From Eledone cirrhosa (Eukaryota), in assembly GCA_964016885.1 (NCBI GenBank), contig OZ024758.1:34906001-34970000 (forward strand): 64,000 nt of DNA, given 5' to 3'. The notes beneath the pieces are model-generated. The model ran no database searches. It worked only from the letters and a program-made list of their open reading frames with translations, and was not told where the DNA came from. Positions 42,301 to 57,400 of the stretch are shown piece by piece. Position 1 is the stretch's first letter, and every line of letters starts with the position of its first letter. A program made the position numbers and the translations under genes.

Positions 42301-45300
42301 TATTAGTTGTCAGAAGTAACTCCAATGTTGGTGAGAATTCATTTAAGTTCATGGTACTAGCTGTCAGAAGTAACTCCACTGTTGGTGAGAATTCATTTAA
42401 GTTCATGGTATTAGCTGTCAGAAGTAACTCCACTGTTGGTGAGAATTCATTTAAGTCATGGTATAAGCTGTCAGAAGTAACTCCATTGTTGGTGAGAATT
42501 CATTTAAGTCATGGTACTAGCTGTCAGAAGTAACTCCACTGTTGGTGAGAATTCATTTAAGTTCATGGTACTAGCTGCCAGAAGTAACTCCACTGTTGGT
42601 GAGAATTCATTTAAGTTCATGGTACTAGCTGTCAGAAGTAACTCCACTGTTTGTGAGAATTCATTTAAGTTCATGGTACTAGCTGTCATAAGTAACTCCA
42701 CTGTTGGTGAGAATTCATTTAAGTTCATGGTATTAGCTGTCAGAAGTCACTCCACTGTTGGTGAGAATTCATTTAAGTTCATGGTATTAGCTGTCAGAAG
42801 TCACTCCACTGTTGGTGAGAATTCATTTAAGTTCATGGTACTAGCTGTCAGAAGTAACCCCAATGTTGGTGAGAATTCATTTAAGTTCATGGTATTAGCT
42901 GTCAGAAGTCACTCCAATGTTGGTGAGAATTCATTTAAGTTCATGGTATTAGCTGTCAGAAGTAACTCCACTGTTGGTGAGAATTCATTTTAGTTCATGG
43001 TATTAGCTGTCAGAAGTAACTCCACTGTTGGTGAGAATTCATTTAAGTTCATGGTATTAGCTGTCAGAAGTAACTCCACTGTTGGTGAGAATTCATTTAA
43101 GTTCATGGTATTAGCTGTCAGAAGGAACTCCAATGTTGGTGAGAATTCATTTAAGTTCATGGTATTAGCTGTCAGAAGTAACTCCACTGTTGGTGAGAAT
43201 TCATTTAAGTTCATGGTATTAGCTGTCAGAAGTAACTCCAATGTTGGTGAGAATTCATTTAAGTTCATGGTATTAGCTGTCAGAAGGAACTCCACTGTTG
43301 GTGAGAATTCATTTAATTCATGGTATTAGCTGTCAGAAGTAACTCCATTGTTGGTGAGAATTCATTTAAGTCATGGTACTAGCTGTCAGAAGTAACTCCA
43401 ATGTTGGTGAGAATTCATTTAAGTCATGGTACTAGCTGTCAGAAGTAACTCCAATGTTGGTGAGAATTCATTTAAGTTCATGGTATTAGCTGTCAGAAGG
43501 AACTCCACTGTTGGTGAGAATTCATTTAAGTTCATGGTATTAGCTGTCAGAAGTAACTCCACTGTTGGTGAGAATTCATTTAAGTTCATGGTATTAGCAG
43601 TCAGAAGTAACTCCACTGTTGGTGAGAATTCATTTAAGTTCATGGTACTAGCTGTCAGAAGTAACTCCAATGTTGGTGAGAATTCATTTAAGTTCATGGT
43701 ATTAGCTGTCAGAAGTAACTCCACTGTTGGTGAGAATTCATTTAAGTCATGGTATTAGCTGTCAGAAGTAACTCCAATGTTGGTGAGAATTCATTTAAGT
43801 TCATGGTATTAGCTGTCAGAAGTAACTCCACTGTTGGTGAGAATTCATTTAAGTTCATGGTATTAGCTGTCAGAAGTAACTCCACTGTTGGTGAGAATTC
43901 ATTTAAGTTCATGGTACTAGCTGTCAGAAGTAACTCCAATGTTGGTGAGAATTCATTTAAGTCATGGTACTAGCTGTCAGAAGTAACTCCACTGTTGGTG
44001 AGAATTCATTTAAGTTCATGGTATTAGCTGTCAGAAGGAACGCCACTGTTGGTGAGAATTCATTTACGTTCATGGTATTAGCTGTCAGAAGTAACTCCAC
44101 TGTTGGTGAGAATTCATTTAAGTTCATGGTACTAGCTGTCAGAAGTAACTCCAATGTTGGTGAGAATTCATTTAAGTTCATGGTATTAGCTGTCAGAAGC
44201 AACTCCACTGTTGGTGAGAATTCATTTAAGTTCATGGTATTAGCTGTCAGAAGTAACTCCACTGTTGGTGAGAATTCATTTAAGTCATGGTATTAGCTGA
44301 CAGAAGTAACTCCATTGTTGGTGAGAATTCATTTAAGTCATGGTACTAGCTGTCAGAAGTAACTCCACTGTTGGTTAGAATTCATTTAAGTTCATGGTAT
44401 TAGTTTGTCAGAAGTAACTCCACTGTTGGTGAGAATTCATTTAAGTCATGGTATTAGTTGTCAGAAGTAACTCCAATGTTGGTGAGAATTCATTTAAGTT
44501 CATGGTACTAGCTGTCAGAAGTAACTCCATTGTTGTTGAGAATTCATTGAAGTTCATGGTACTAGCTGTCAGAAGGAACTCCACTGTTGGTGAGAATTCA
44601 TTTAAGTTCATGGTATTAGCTGTCAGAAGTAACTCCACTGTTGGTGAGAATTCATTTAAGTTCATGGTTCTAGCTGTCAGAAGTAACTCCAATGTTAGTG
44701 AGAATTCATTTAAGTTCATGGTATTAGCTGTCAGAAGTAACTCCACTGTTGGTGAGAATTCATTTAAGTCATGGTATTAGCTGTCAGAAGTAACTCCAAT
44801 GTTGGTGAGAATTCATTTAAGTTCATGGTATTAGCTGTCAGAAGTAACTCCACTGTTGGTGAGCATTCATTTATGTTCATGGTATTAGCTGTCAGAAGTA
44901 ACTCCACTGTTGGTGAGAATTCATTTAAGTTCATGGTATTAGTTTGTCAGAAGTAACTCCACTGTTGGTGAGAATTCATTTAAGTCATGGTATTAGTTGT
45001 CAGAAGTAACTCCAATGTTGGTGAGAATTCATTTAAGTTCATGGTACTAGCTGTCAGAAGTAACTCCACTGTTGGTGAGAATTCATTTAAGTTCATGGTA
45101 TTAGCTGTCAGAAGTAACTCCACTGTTGGTGAGAATTCATTTAAGTCATGGTATTAGCTGTCAGAAGTAACTCCATTGTTGGTGAGAATTCATTTAAGTC
45201 ATGGTACTAGCTGTCAGAAGTAACTCCACTGTTGGTGAGAATTCATTTAATTTCATGGTACTAGCTGCCAGAAGTAACTCCACTGTTGTTGAGAATTCAT

Positions 45301-47890
45301 TTAAGTTCATGGTACTAGCTGTCAGAAGTAACTCCACTGTTTGTGAGAATTCATTTAAGTTCATGGTACTAGCTGTCATAAGTAACTCCACTGTTGGTGA
45401 GAATTCATTTAAGTTCATGGTATTAGCTGTCAGAAGTCACTCCACTGTTGGTGAGAATTCATTTAAGTTCATGGTATTAGCTGTCAGAAGTCACTCCACT
45501 GTTGGTGAGAATTCATTTAAGTTCATGGTACTAGCTGTCAGAAGTAACCCCAATGTTGGTGAGAATTCATTTAAGTTCATGGTATTAGCTGTCAGAAGTC
45601 ACTCCAATGTTGGTGAGAATTCATTTAAGTTCATGGTATTAGCTGTCAGAAGTAACTCCACTGTTGGTGAGAATTCATTTAAGTTCGTGGTATTAGCTGT
45701 CAGAAGTAACTCCACTGTTGGTGAGAATTCATTTAAGTTCATGGTATTAGCTGTCAGAAGTAACTCCACTGTTGGTGAGAATTCATTTAAGTTCATGGTA
45801 TTAGCTGTCAGAAGGAACTCCAATGTTGGTGAGAATTCATTTAAGTTCATGGTATTAGCTGTCAGAAGTAACTCCACTGTTGGTGAGAATTCATTTAAGT
45901 TCATGGTATTAGCTGTCAGAAGTAACTCCAATGTTGGTGAGAATTCATTTAAGTTCATGGTATTAGCTGTCAGAAGGAACTCCACTGTTGGTGAGAATTC
46001 ATTTAAGTTCATGGTATTAGCTGTCAGAAGTAACTCCACTGTTGGTGAGAATTCATTTAATTCATGGTATTAGCTGTCAGAAGTAACTCCATTGTTGGTG
46101 AGAATTCATTTAAGTCATGGTACTAGCTGTCAGAAGTAACTCCAATGTTGGTGAGAATTCATTTAAGTCATGGTACTAGCTGTCAGAAGTAACTCCAATG
46201 TTGGTGAGAATTCATTTAAGTTCATGGTATTAGCTGTCAGAAGGAACTCCACTGTTGGTGAGAATTCATTTAAGTTCATGGTATTAGCTGTCAGAAGTAA
46301 CTCCACTGTTGGTGAGAATTCATTTAAGTTCATGGTATTAGCAGTCAGAAGTAACTCCACTGTTGGTGAGAATTCATTTAAGTTCATGGTACTAGCTGTC
46401 AGAAGTAACTCCAATGTTGGTGAGAATTCATTTAAGTTCATGGTATTAGCTGTCAGAAGTATCTCCACTGTTGGTGAGAATTCATTTAAGTCATGGTATT
46501 AGTTGTCAGAAGTAACTCCAATGTTGGTGAGAATTCATTTAAGTTCATGGTACTAGCTGTCAGAAGTAACTCCACTGTTGGTGAGAATTCATTTAAGTTC
46601 ATGGTACTAGCTGTCAGAAGTAACTCCACTGTTGGTGAGCATTCATTTATGTTCATGGTATTAGCTGTCAGAAGTAACTCCACTGTTGGTGAGAATTCAT
46701 TTAAGTTCATGGTATTAGTTTGTCAGAAGTAACTCCACTGTTGGTGAGAATTCATTTAAGTCATGGTATTAGTTGTCAGAAGTAACTCCAATGTTGGTGA
46801 GAATTCATTTAAGTTCATGGTACTAGCTGTCAGAAGTAACTCCACTGTTGGTGAGAATTCATTTAAGTTCATGGTATTAGCTGTCAGAAGTAACTCCACT
46901 GTTGGTGAGAATTCATTTTAGTTCATGGTATTAGCTGTCAGAAGTAACTCCACTGTTGGTGAGAATTCATTTAAGTTCATGGTATTAGCTGTCAGAAGTA
47001 ACTCCACTGTTGGTGAGAATTCATTTAAGTTCATGGTATTAGCTGTCAGAAGGAACTCCAATGTTGGTGAGAATTCATTTAAGTTCATGGTATTAGCTGT
47101 CAGAAGTAACTCCACTGTTGGTGAGAATTCATTTAAGTTCATGGTATTAGCTGTCAGAAGTAACTCCAATGTTGGTGAGAATTCATTTAAGTTCATGGTA
47201 TTAGCTGTCAGAAGGAACTCCACTGTTGGTGAGAATTCATTTAATTCATGGTATTAGCTGTCAGAAGTAACTCCATTGTTGGTGAGAATTCATTTAAGTC
47301 ATGGTACTAGCTGTCAGAAGTAACTCCAATGTTGGTGAGAATTCATTTAAGTCATGGTACTAGCTGTCAGAAGTAACTCCAATGTTGGTGAGAATTCATT
47401 TAAGTTCATGGTATTAGCTGTCAGAAGGAACTCCACTGTTGGTGAGAATTCATTTAAGTTCATGGTATTAGCTGTCAGAAGTAACTCCACTGTTGGTGAG
47501 AATTCATTTAAGTTCATGGTATTAGCAGTCAGAAGTAACTCCACTGTTGGTGAGAATTCATTTAAGTTCATGGTACTAGCTGTCAGAAGTAACTCCAATG
47601 TTGGTGAGAATTCATTTAAGTTCATGGTATTAGCTGTCAGAAGTAACTCCACTGTTGGTGAGAATTCATTTAAGTCATGGTATTAGCTGTCAGAAGTAAC
47701 TCCAATGTTGGTGAGAATTCATTTAAGTTCATGGTATTAGCTGTCAGAAGTAACTCCACTGTTGGTGAGAATTCATTTAAGTTCATGGTATTAGCTGTCA
47801 GAAGTAACTCCACTGTTGGTGAGAATTCATTTAAGTTCATGGTACTAGCTGTCAGAAGTAACTCCAATGTTGGTGAGAATTCATTTAAGT
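39552..47890. repeat. About 4.4 kb (82-83 monomer) tandem duplication with an internal 10-monomer length difference
   Basis: Offsets 39552>43964 and 40036>44448 are 4412; 40305>44771, 40735>45201, 41704>46170 and 42027>46493 are 4466; 42997>46925 and 43426>47354 are 3928. Shared rare variants: TTTACGTTC (39651/44063), TTAATTTCAT (40781/45247), GTTCGTGGTA (41217/45683), TTTTAGTTC (~42988/46916). Confidence 0.9.
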
Positions 47891-50470
47891 TCATGGTATT
47901 AGCTGTCAGAAGCAACTCCACTGTTGGTGAGAATTCATTTAAGTTCATGGTATTAGCTGTCAGAAGTAACTCCACTGTTGGTGAGAATTCATTTAAGTCA
48001 TGGTATTAGCTGACAGAAGTAACTCCATTGTTGGTGAGAATTCATTTAAGTCATGGTACTAGCTGTCAGAAGTAACTCCACTGTTGGTGAGAATTCATTT
48101 AAGTTCATGGTATTAGCAGTCAGAAGTCACTCCACTGTTGGTGAGAATTCATTTAAGTTCATGGTACTAGCTGTCAGAAATAACCCCAATGTTGGTGAGA
48201 ATTCATTTAAGTTCATGGTATTAGCTGTCAGAAGTCACTCCAATGTTCGTGAGAATTCATTTAAGTTCATGGTATTAGCTGTCAGAAGTAACTCCACTGT
48301 TGGTGAGAATTCATTTAAGTTCATGGTATTAGTTTGTCAGAAGTAACTCCACTGTTGGTGAGAATTCATTTAAGTCATGGTATTAGTTGTCAGAAGTAAC
48401 TCCAATGTTGGTGAGAATTCATTTAATTCATGGTACTAGCTGTCAGAAGTAACTCCAATGTTGGTGAGAATTCATTTAAGTTCATGGTATTAGCTGTCAG
48501 AAGGAACTCCACTGTTGGTGAGAATTCATTTAAGTTCATGGTATTAGCTGTCAGAAGTAACTCCACTGTTGGTGAGAATTCATTTAATTCATGGTATTAG
48601 CTGTCAGAAGTAACTCCATTGTTGGTGAGAATTCATTTAAGTCATGGTACTAGCTGTCAGAAGTAACTCCAATGTTGGTGAGAATTCATTTAAGTCATGG
48701 TACTAGCTGTCAGAAGTAACTCCAATGTTGGTGAGAATTCATTTAAGTTCATGGTATTAGCTGTCAGAAGGAACTCCACTGTTGGTGAGAATTCATTTAA
48801 GTTCATGGTATTAGCTGTCAGAAGTAACTCCAATGTTGGTGAGAATTCATTTAAGTTCATGGTATTAGCTGTCAGAAGGAACTCCACTGTTGGTGAGAAT
48901 TCATTTAATTCATGGTATTAGCTGTCAGAAGTAACTCCATTGTTGGTGAGAATTCATTTAAGTCATGGTACTAGCTGTCAGAAGTAACTCCAATGTTGGT
49001 GAGAATTCATTTAAGTCATGGTACTAGCTGTCAGAAGTAACTCCAATGTTGGTGAGAATTCATTTAAGTTCATGGTATTAGCTGTCAGAAGGAACTCCAC
49101 TGTTGGTGAGAATTCATTTAAGTTCATGGTATTAGCTGTCAGAAGTAACTCCACTGTTGGTGAGAATTCATTTAAGTTCATGGTATTAGCAGTCAGAAGT
49201 AACTCCACTGTTGGTGAGAATTCATTTAAGTTCATGGTACTAGCTGTCAGAAGTAACTCCAATGTTGGTGAGAATTCATTTAAGTTCATGGTATTAGCTG
49301 TCAGAAGTAACTCCACTGTTGGTGAGAATTCATTTAAGTCATGGTATTAGCTGTCAGAAGTAACTCCAATGTTGGTGAGAATTCATTTAAGTTCATGGTA
49401 TTAGCTGTCAGAAGTAACTCCACTGTTGGTGAGAATTCATTTAAGTTCATGGTATTAGCTGTCAGAAGTAACTCCACTGTTGGTGAGAATTCATTTAAGT
49501 TCATGGTACTAGCTGTCAGAAGTAACTCCAATGTTGGTGAGAATTCATTTAAGTTCATGGTATTAGCTGTCAGAAGCAACTCCACTGTTGGTGAGAATTC
49601 ATTTAAGTTCATGGTATTAGCTGTCAGAAGTAACTCCACTGTTGGTGAGAATTCATTTAAGTCATGGTATTAGCTGACAGAAGTAACTCCATTGTTGGTG
49701 AGAATTCATTTAAGTCATGGTACTAGCTGTCAGAAGTAACTCCACTGTTGGTGAGAATTCATTTAAGTTCATGGTATTAGCAGTCAGAAGTCACTCCACT
49801 GTTGGTGAGAATTCATTTAAGTTCATGGTACTAGCTGTCAGAAATAACCCCAATGTTGGTGAGAATTCATTTAAGTTCATGGTATTAGCTGTCAGAAGTC
49901 ACTCCAATGTTCGTGAGAATTCATTTAAGTTCATGGTATTAGCTGTCAGAAGTAACTCCACTGTTGGTGAGAATTCATTTAAGTTCATGGTATTAGTTTG
50001 TCAGAAGTAACTCCACTGTTGGTGAGAATTCATTTAAGTCATGGTATTAGTTGTCAGAAGTAACTCCAATGTTGGTGAGAATTCATTTAATTCATGGTAC
50101 TAGCTGTCAGAAGTAACTCCAATGTTGGTGAGAATTCATTTAAGTTCATGGTATTAGCTGTCAGAAGGAACTCCACTGTTGGTGAGAATTCATTTAAGTT
50201 CATGGTATTAGCTGTCAGAAGTAACTCCACTGTTGGTGAGAATTCATTTAATTCATGGTATTAGCTGTCAGAAGTAACTCCATTGTTGGTGAGAATTCAT
50301 TTAAGTCATGGTACTAGCTGTCAGAAGTAACTCCAATGTTGGTGAGAATTCATTTAAGTCATGGTACTAGCTGTCAGAAGTAACTCCAATGTTGGTGAGA
50401 ATTCATTTAAGTTCATGGTATTAGCTGTCAGAAGGAACTCCACTGTTGGTGAGAATTCATTTAAGTTCAT
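47141..50470. repeat. 1664-bp (31-monomer) tandem duplication
   Basis: Offsets 47354>49018, 47677>49341, 48053>49717 and 48697>50361 equal 1664. Shared GTTCGTGAG (48245/49909) and ATTTAATTCATGGTAC (48421/50085). Confidence 0.9.
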
Positions 50471-52353
50471 GGTATTAGCTGTCAGAAGTAACTCCACTGT
50501 TGGTGAGAATTCATTTAAGTTCATGGTATTAGCAGTCAGAAGTAACTCCACTGTTGGTGAGAATTCATTTAAGTTCATGGTACTAGCTGTCAGAAGTAAC
50601 TCCAATGTTGGTGAGAATTCATTTAAGTTCATGGTATTAGCTGTCAGAAGTAACTCCACTGTTGGTGAGAATTCATTTAAGTCATGGTATTAGCTGTCAG
50701 AAGTAACTCCAATGTTGGTGAGAATTCATTTAAGTTCATGGTATTAGCTGTCAGAAGTAACTCCACTGTTGGTGAGAATTCATTTAAGTTCATGGTATTA
50801 GCTGTCAGAAGTAACTCCACTGTTGGTGAGAATTCATTTAAGTTCATGGTACTAGCTGTCAGAAGTAACTCCACTGTTGGTGAGAATTCATTTAAGTTCA
50901 TGGTATTAGTTTGTCAGAAGTAACTCCACTGTTGGTGAGAATTCATTTAAGTCATGGTATTAGTTGTCAGAAGTAACTCCAATGTTGGTGAGAATTCATT
51001 TAGGTTCATGGTACTAGCTGTCAGAAGTAACTCCAATGTTGGTGAGAATTCATTTAAGTCATGGTACTAGCTGTCAGAAGTAACTCCAATGTTGGTGAGA
51101 ATTCATTTAAGTACATGGTATTAGCTATCAGAAGTAACTCCACTGTTGGTGAGAATTCATTTAAGTTCATGGTATTAGCTGTCAGAAGTAACTCCACTGT
51201 TGGTGAGAATTCATTTAAGTCATGGTATTAGCTGTCAGAAGTAACACCAATGTTGGTGAGAATTCATTTAAGTTCATGGTATTAGCTGTCAGAAGTCACT
51301 CCACTGTTGGTGAGAATTCATTTAAGTTGATGGTATTAGCTGTCAGAAGTAACTCCACTGTTGGTGAGAATTCATTTAAGTTCATGGTATTAGCTGTCAG
51401 AAGGAACTCCAATGTTGGTGAGAATTCATTTAAGTCATGGTACTAGCTGTCAGAAGTAACTCCACTGTTGGTGAGAATTAATTTAAGTTCATGGTATTAG
51501 CTGTCAGAAGGAACGCCACTGTTGGTGAGAATTCATTTAAGTTCATGGTATTAGCTGTCAGAAGTAACTCCACTGTTGGTGAGAATTCATTTAAGTTCAT
51601 GGTACTAGCTGTCAGAAGTAACTCCAATGTTGGTGAGAATTCATTTAAGTTCATGGTATTAGCTGTCAGAAGGAACTCCACTGTTGCTGAGAATTCATTT
51701 AAGTTCATGGTATTAGCTGTCAGAAGTAACTCCACTGTTGGTGAGAATTCATTTAAGTTCATGGTACTAGCTGTCAGAAGTAACTCCACTGTTGGTGAGA
51801 ATTCATTTAAGTTCATGGTATTAGCTGTCAGAAGTCACTCCAATGTTGGTGAGAATTCATTTAAGTTCATGGTATTAGCTGTCAGAAGTCACTCCACTGT
51901 TGGTGAGAATTCATTTAAGTTCATGGTACTAGCTGTCAGAAGTAACCCCAATGTTGGTGAGAATTCATTTAAGTTCATGGTATTAGCTGTCAGAAGTAAC
52001 TCCAATGTTGGTGAGAATTCATTTAAGTCATGGTATTAGCTGTCAGAAGTAACTCCAATGTTGGTGAGAATTCATTTAAGTTCATGGTATTAGCTGTCAG
52101 AAGTAACTCCACTGTTGGTGAGAATTCATTTAAGTTCATGGTATTAGCTGTCAGAAGTAACTCCACTGTTGGTGAGAATTCATTTAAGTTGATGGTACTA
52201 GCTGTCAGAAGTAACTCCACTGTTGGTGAGAATTCATTTAAGTTCATGGTATTAGTTTGTCAGAAGTAACTCCACTGTTGGTGAGAATTCATTTAAGTCA
52301 TGGTATTAGTTGTCAGAAGTAACTCCAATGTTGGTGAGAATTCATTTAAGTTC

Positions 52354-54400
52354 ATGGTATTAGCTGTCAGAAGGAACTCCACTGTTGGTGAGAATTCATT
52401 TAAGTTCATGGTATTAGCTGTCAGAAGGAACTCCAATGTTGGTGAGAATTCATTTAAGTCATGGTACTAGCTGTCAGAAGTAACTCCACTGTTGGTGAGA
52501 ATTCATTTAAGTTCATGGTATTAGCTGTCAGAAGGAACGCCACTGTTGGTGAGAATTCATTTAAGTTCATGGTATTAGCTGTCAGAAGTAACTCCACTGT
52601 TGGTGAGAATTCATTTAAGTTCATGGTACTAGCTGTCAGAAGTAACTCCAATGTTGGTGAGAATTCATTTAAGTTCATGGTATTAGCTGTCAGAAGCAAC
52701 TCCACTGTTGGTGAGAATTCATTTAAGTTCATGGTATTAGCTGTCAGAAGTAACTCCACAGTTGGTGAGAATTCATTTAAGTCATGGTATTAGCTGACAG
52801 AAGTAACTCCATTGTTGGTGAGAATTCATTTAAGTCATGGTACTAGCTGTCAGAAGTAACTCCACTGTTGGTTAGAATTCATTTAAGTTCATGGTATTAG
52901 TTTGTCAGAAGTAACTCCACTGTTGGTGAGAATTCATTTAAGTCATGGTATTAGTTGTCAGAAGTAACTCCAATGTTGGTGAGAATTCATTTAAGTTCAT
53001 GGTACTAGCTGTCAGAAGTAACTCCATTGTTGTTGAGAATTCATTGAAGTTCATGGTACTAGCTGTCAGAAGGAACTCCACAGTTGGTGAGAATTCATTT
53101 AAGTTCATGGTATTAGCTGTCAGAAGTAACTCCACTGTTGGTGAGAATTCATTTAAGTCATGGTATTAGCTGTCAGAAGTAACTCCATTGTTGGTGAGAA
53201 TTCATTTAAGTCATGGTACTAGCTGTCAGAAGTAACTCCACTGTTGGTGAGAATTCATTTAAGTTCATGGTACTAGCTGCCAGAAGTAACTCCACTGTTG
53301 GTGAGAATTCAGTTAAGTTCATGGTACTAGCTGTCAGAAGTAACTCCACTGTTTGTGAGAATTCATTTAAGTTCATGGTACTAGCTGTCATAAGTAACTC
53401 CACTGTTGGTGAGAATTCATTTAAGTTCATGGTATTAGCTGTCAGAAGTCACTCCACTGTTGGTGAGAATTCATTTAAGTTCATGGTATTAGCTGTCAGA
53501 AGTCACTCCACTGTTGGTGAGAATTCATTTAAGTTCATGGTACTAGCTGTCAGAAGTAACCCCAATGTTGGTGAGAATTCATTTAAGTTCATGGTATTAG
53601 CTGTCAGAAGGAACTCCACTGTTGGTGAGAATTCATTTAAGTTCATGGTATTAGCTGTCAGAAGGAACTCCAATGTTGGTGAGAATTCATTTAAGTCATG
53701 GTACTAGCTGTCAGAAATAACTCCACTGTTGGTGAGAATTCATTTAAGTTCATGGTATTAGCTGTCAGAAGGAACGCCACTGTTGGTGAGAATTCATTTA
53801 AGTTCATGGTATTAGCTGTCAGAAGTAACTCCACTGTTGGTGAGAATTCATTTAAGTTCATGGTACTAGCTGTCAGAAGTAACTCCAATGTTGGTGAGAA
53901 TTCATTTAAGTTCATGGTATTAGCTGTCAGAAGCAACTCCACTGTTGGTGAGAATTCATTTAAGTTCATGGTATTAGCTGTCAGAAGTAACTCCACTGTT
54001 GGTGAGAATTCATTTAAGTCATGGTATTAGCTGACAGAAGTAACTCCATTGTTGGTGAGAATTCATTTAAGTCATGGTACTAGCTGTCAGAAGTAACTCC
54101 ACTGTTGGTTAGAATTCATTTAAGTTCATGATATTAGTTTGTCAGAAGTAACTCCACTGTTGGTGAGAATTCATTTAAGTCATGGTATTAGTTGTCAGAA
54201 GTAACTCCAATGTTGGTGAGAATTCATTTAAGTTCATGGTACTAGCTGTCAGAAGTAACTCCATTGTTGTTGAGAATTCATTGAAGTTCATGGTACTAGC
54301 TGTCAGAAGGAACTCCACAGTTGGTGAGAATTCATTTAAGTTCATGGTATTAGCTGTCAGAAGTAACTCCACTGTTGGTGAGAATTCATTTAAGTTCATG
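52354..54400. repeat. 1237-bp (23-monomer) partial tandem duplication
   Basis: 52461>53698 and 52945>54182 are both 1237. Shared GGAACTCCACAGTTGG (CCACAG at 53078/54315). Confidence 0.8.
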
Positions 54401-57400
54401 GTACTAGCTGTCAGAAGTAACTCCAATGTTAGTGAGAATTCATTTAAGTTCATGGTATTAGCTGTCAGAAGTAACTCCACTGTTGGTGAGAATTCATTTA
54501 AGTCATGGTATTAGCTGTCAGAAGTAACTCCAATGTTGGTGAGAATTCATTTAAGTTCATGGTATTAGCTGTCAGAAGTAACTCCACTGTTGGTGAGCAT
54601 TCATTTATGTTCATGGTATTAGCTGTCAGAAGTAACTCCACTGTTGGTGAGAATTCATTTAAGTTCATGGTATTAGTTTGTCAGAAGTAACTCCACTGTT
54701 GGTGAGAATTCATTTAAGTCATGGTATTAGTTGTCAGAAGTAACTCCAATGTTGGTGAGAATTCATTTAAGTTCATGGTACTAGCTGTCAGAAGTAACTC
54801 CACTGTTGGTGAGAATTCATTTAAGTTCATGGTATTAGCTGTCAGAAGTAACTCCACTGTTGGTGAGAATTCATTTAAGTCATGGTATTAGCTGTCAGAA
54901 GTAACTCCACTGTTGGTGAGAATTCATTTAAGTTCATGGTACTAGCTGCCAGAAGTAACTCCACTGTTGGTGAGAATTCATTTAAGTTCATGGTACTAGC
55001 TGTCAGAAGTAACTCCACTGTTTGTGAGAATTCATTTAAGTTCATGGTACTAGCTGTCATAAGTAACTCCACTGTTGGTGAGAATTCATTTAAGTTCATG
55101 GTATTAGCTGTCAGAAGTCACTCCACTGTTGGTGAGAATTCATTTAAGTTCATGGTATTAGCTGTCAGAAGTCACTCCACTGTTGGTGAGAATTCATTTA
55201 AGTTCATGGTACTAGCTGTCAGAAGTAACCCCAATGTTGGTGAGAATTCATTTAAGTTCATGGTATTAGCTGTCAGAAGTCACTCCAATGTTGGTGAGAA
55301 TTCATTTAAGTTCATGGTATTAGCTGTCAGAAGTAACTCCACTGTTGGTGAGAATTCATTTAAGTTCATGGTATTAGCTGTCAGAAGTAACTCCACTGTT
55401 GGTGAGAATTCATTTAAGTTCATGGTATTAGCTGTCAGAAGTAACTCCACTGTTGGTGAGAATTCATTTAAGTTCATGGTATTAGCTGTCAGAAGGAACT
55501 CCAATGTTGGTGAGAATTCATTTAAGTTCATGGTATTAGCTGTCAGAAGTAACTCCACTGTTGGTGAGAATTCATTTAAGTTCATGGTATTAGCTGTGAG
55601 AAGTAACTCCAATGTTGGTGAGAATTCATTTAAGTTCATGGTATTAGCTGTCAGAAGGAACTCCACTGTTGGTGAGAATTCATTTAAGTTCATGGTATTA
55701 GCTGTCAGAAGTAACTCCACTGTTGGTGAGAATTCATTTAATTCATGGTATTAGCTGTCAGAAGTAACTCCATTGTTGGTGAGAATTCATTTAAGTCATG
55801 GTACTAGCTGTCAGAAGTAACTCCAATGTTGGTGAGAATTCATTTAAGTCATGGTACTAGCTGTCAGAAGTAACTCCAATGTTGGTGAGAATTCATTTAA
55901 GTTCATGGTATTAGCTGTCAGAAGGAACTCCACTGTTGGTGAGAATTCATTTAAGTTCATGGTATTAGCTGTCAGAAATAACTCCACTGTTGGTGAGAAT
56001 TCATTTAAGTTCATGGTATTAGCAGTCAGAAGTAACTCCACTGTTGGTGAGAATTCATTTAAGTTCATGGTACTAGCTGTCAGAAGTAACTCCAATGTTG
56101 GTGAGAATTCATTTAAGTTCATGGTATTAGCTGTCAGAAGTAACTCCACTGTTGGTGAGAATTCATTTAAGTCATGGTATTAGCTGTCAGAAGTAACTCC
56201 ACTGTTGGTGAGAATTCATTTAAGTTCATGGTATTAGCTGTCAGAAGTAACTCCACTGTTGGTGAGAATTCATTTAAGTTCATGGTATTAGCTGTCAGAA
56301 GTAACTCCACTGTTGGTGAGAATTCATTTAAGTTCATGGTACTAGCTGTCAGAAGTAACTCCAATGTTGGTGAGAATTCATTTAAGTTCATGGTATTAGC
56401 TGTCAGAAGCAACTCCACTGTTGGTGAGAATTCATTTAAGTTCATGGTATTAGCTGTCAGAAGTAACTCCACTGTTGGTGAGAATTCATTTAAGTCATGG
56501 TATTAGCTGACAGAAGTAACTCCATTGTTGGTGAGAATTCATTTAAGTCATGGTACTAGCTGTCAGAAGTAACTCCACTGTTGGTTAGAATTCATTTAAG
56601 TTCATGATATTAGTTTGTCAGAAGTAACTCCACTGTTGGTGAGAATTCATTTAAGTCATGGTATTAGTTGTCAGAAGTAACTCCAATGTTGGTGAGAATT
56701 CATTTAAGTTCATGGTACTAGCTGTCAGAAGTAACTCCATTGTTGTTGAGAATTCATTGAAGTTCATGGTACTAGCTGTCAGAAGGAACTCCACAGTTGG
56801 TGAGAATTCATTTAAGTTCATGGTATTAGCTGTCAGAAGTAACTCCACTGTTGGTGAGAATTCATTTAAGTTCATGGTACTAGCTGTCAGAAGTAACTCC
56901 AATGTTAGTGAGAATTCATTTAAGTTCATGGTATTAGCTGTCAGAAGTAACTCCACTGTTGGTGAGAATTCATTTAAGTCATGGTATTAGCTGTCAGAAG
57001 TAACTCCAATGTTGGTGAGAATTCATTTAAGTTCATGGTATTAGCTGTCAGAAGTAACTCCACTGTTGGTGAGCATTCATTTATGTTCATGGTATTAGCT
57101 GTCAGAAGTAACTCCACTGTTGGTGAGAATTCATTTAAGTTCATGGTATTAGTTTGTCAGAAGTAACTCCACTGTTGGTGAGAATTCATTTAAGTCATGG
57201 TATTAGTTGTCAGAAGTAACTCCAATGTTGGTGAGAATTCATTTAAGTTCATGGTACTAGCTGTCAGAAGTAACTCCACTGTTGGTGAGAATTCATTTAA
57301 GTTCATGGTATTAGCTGTCAGAAGTAACTCCACTGTTGGTGAGAATTCATTTAAGTCATGGTATTAGCTGTCAGAAGTAACTCCACTGTTGGTGAGAATT

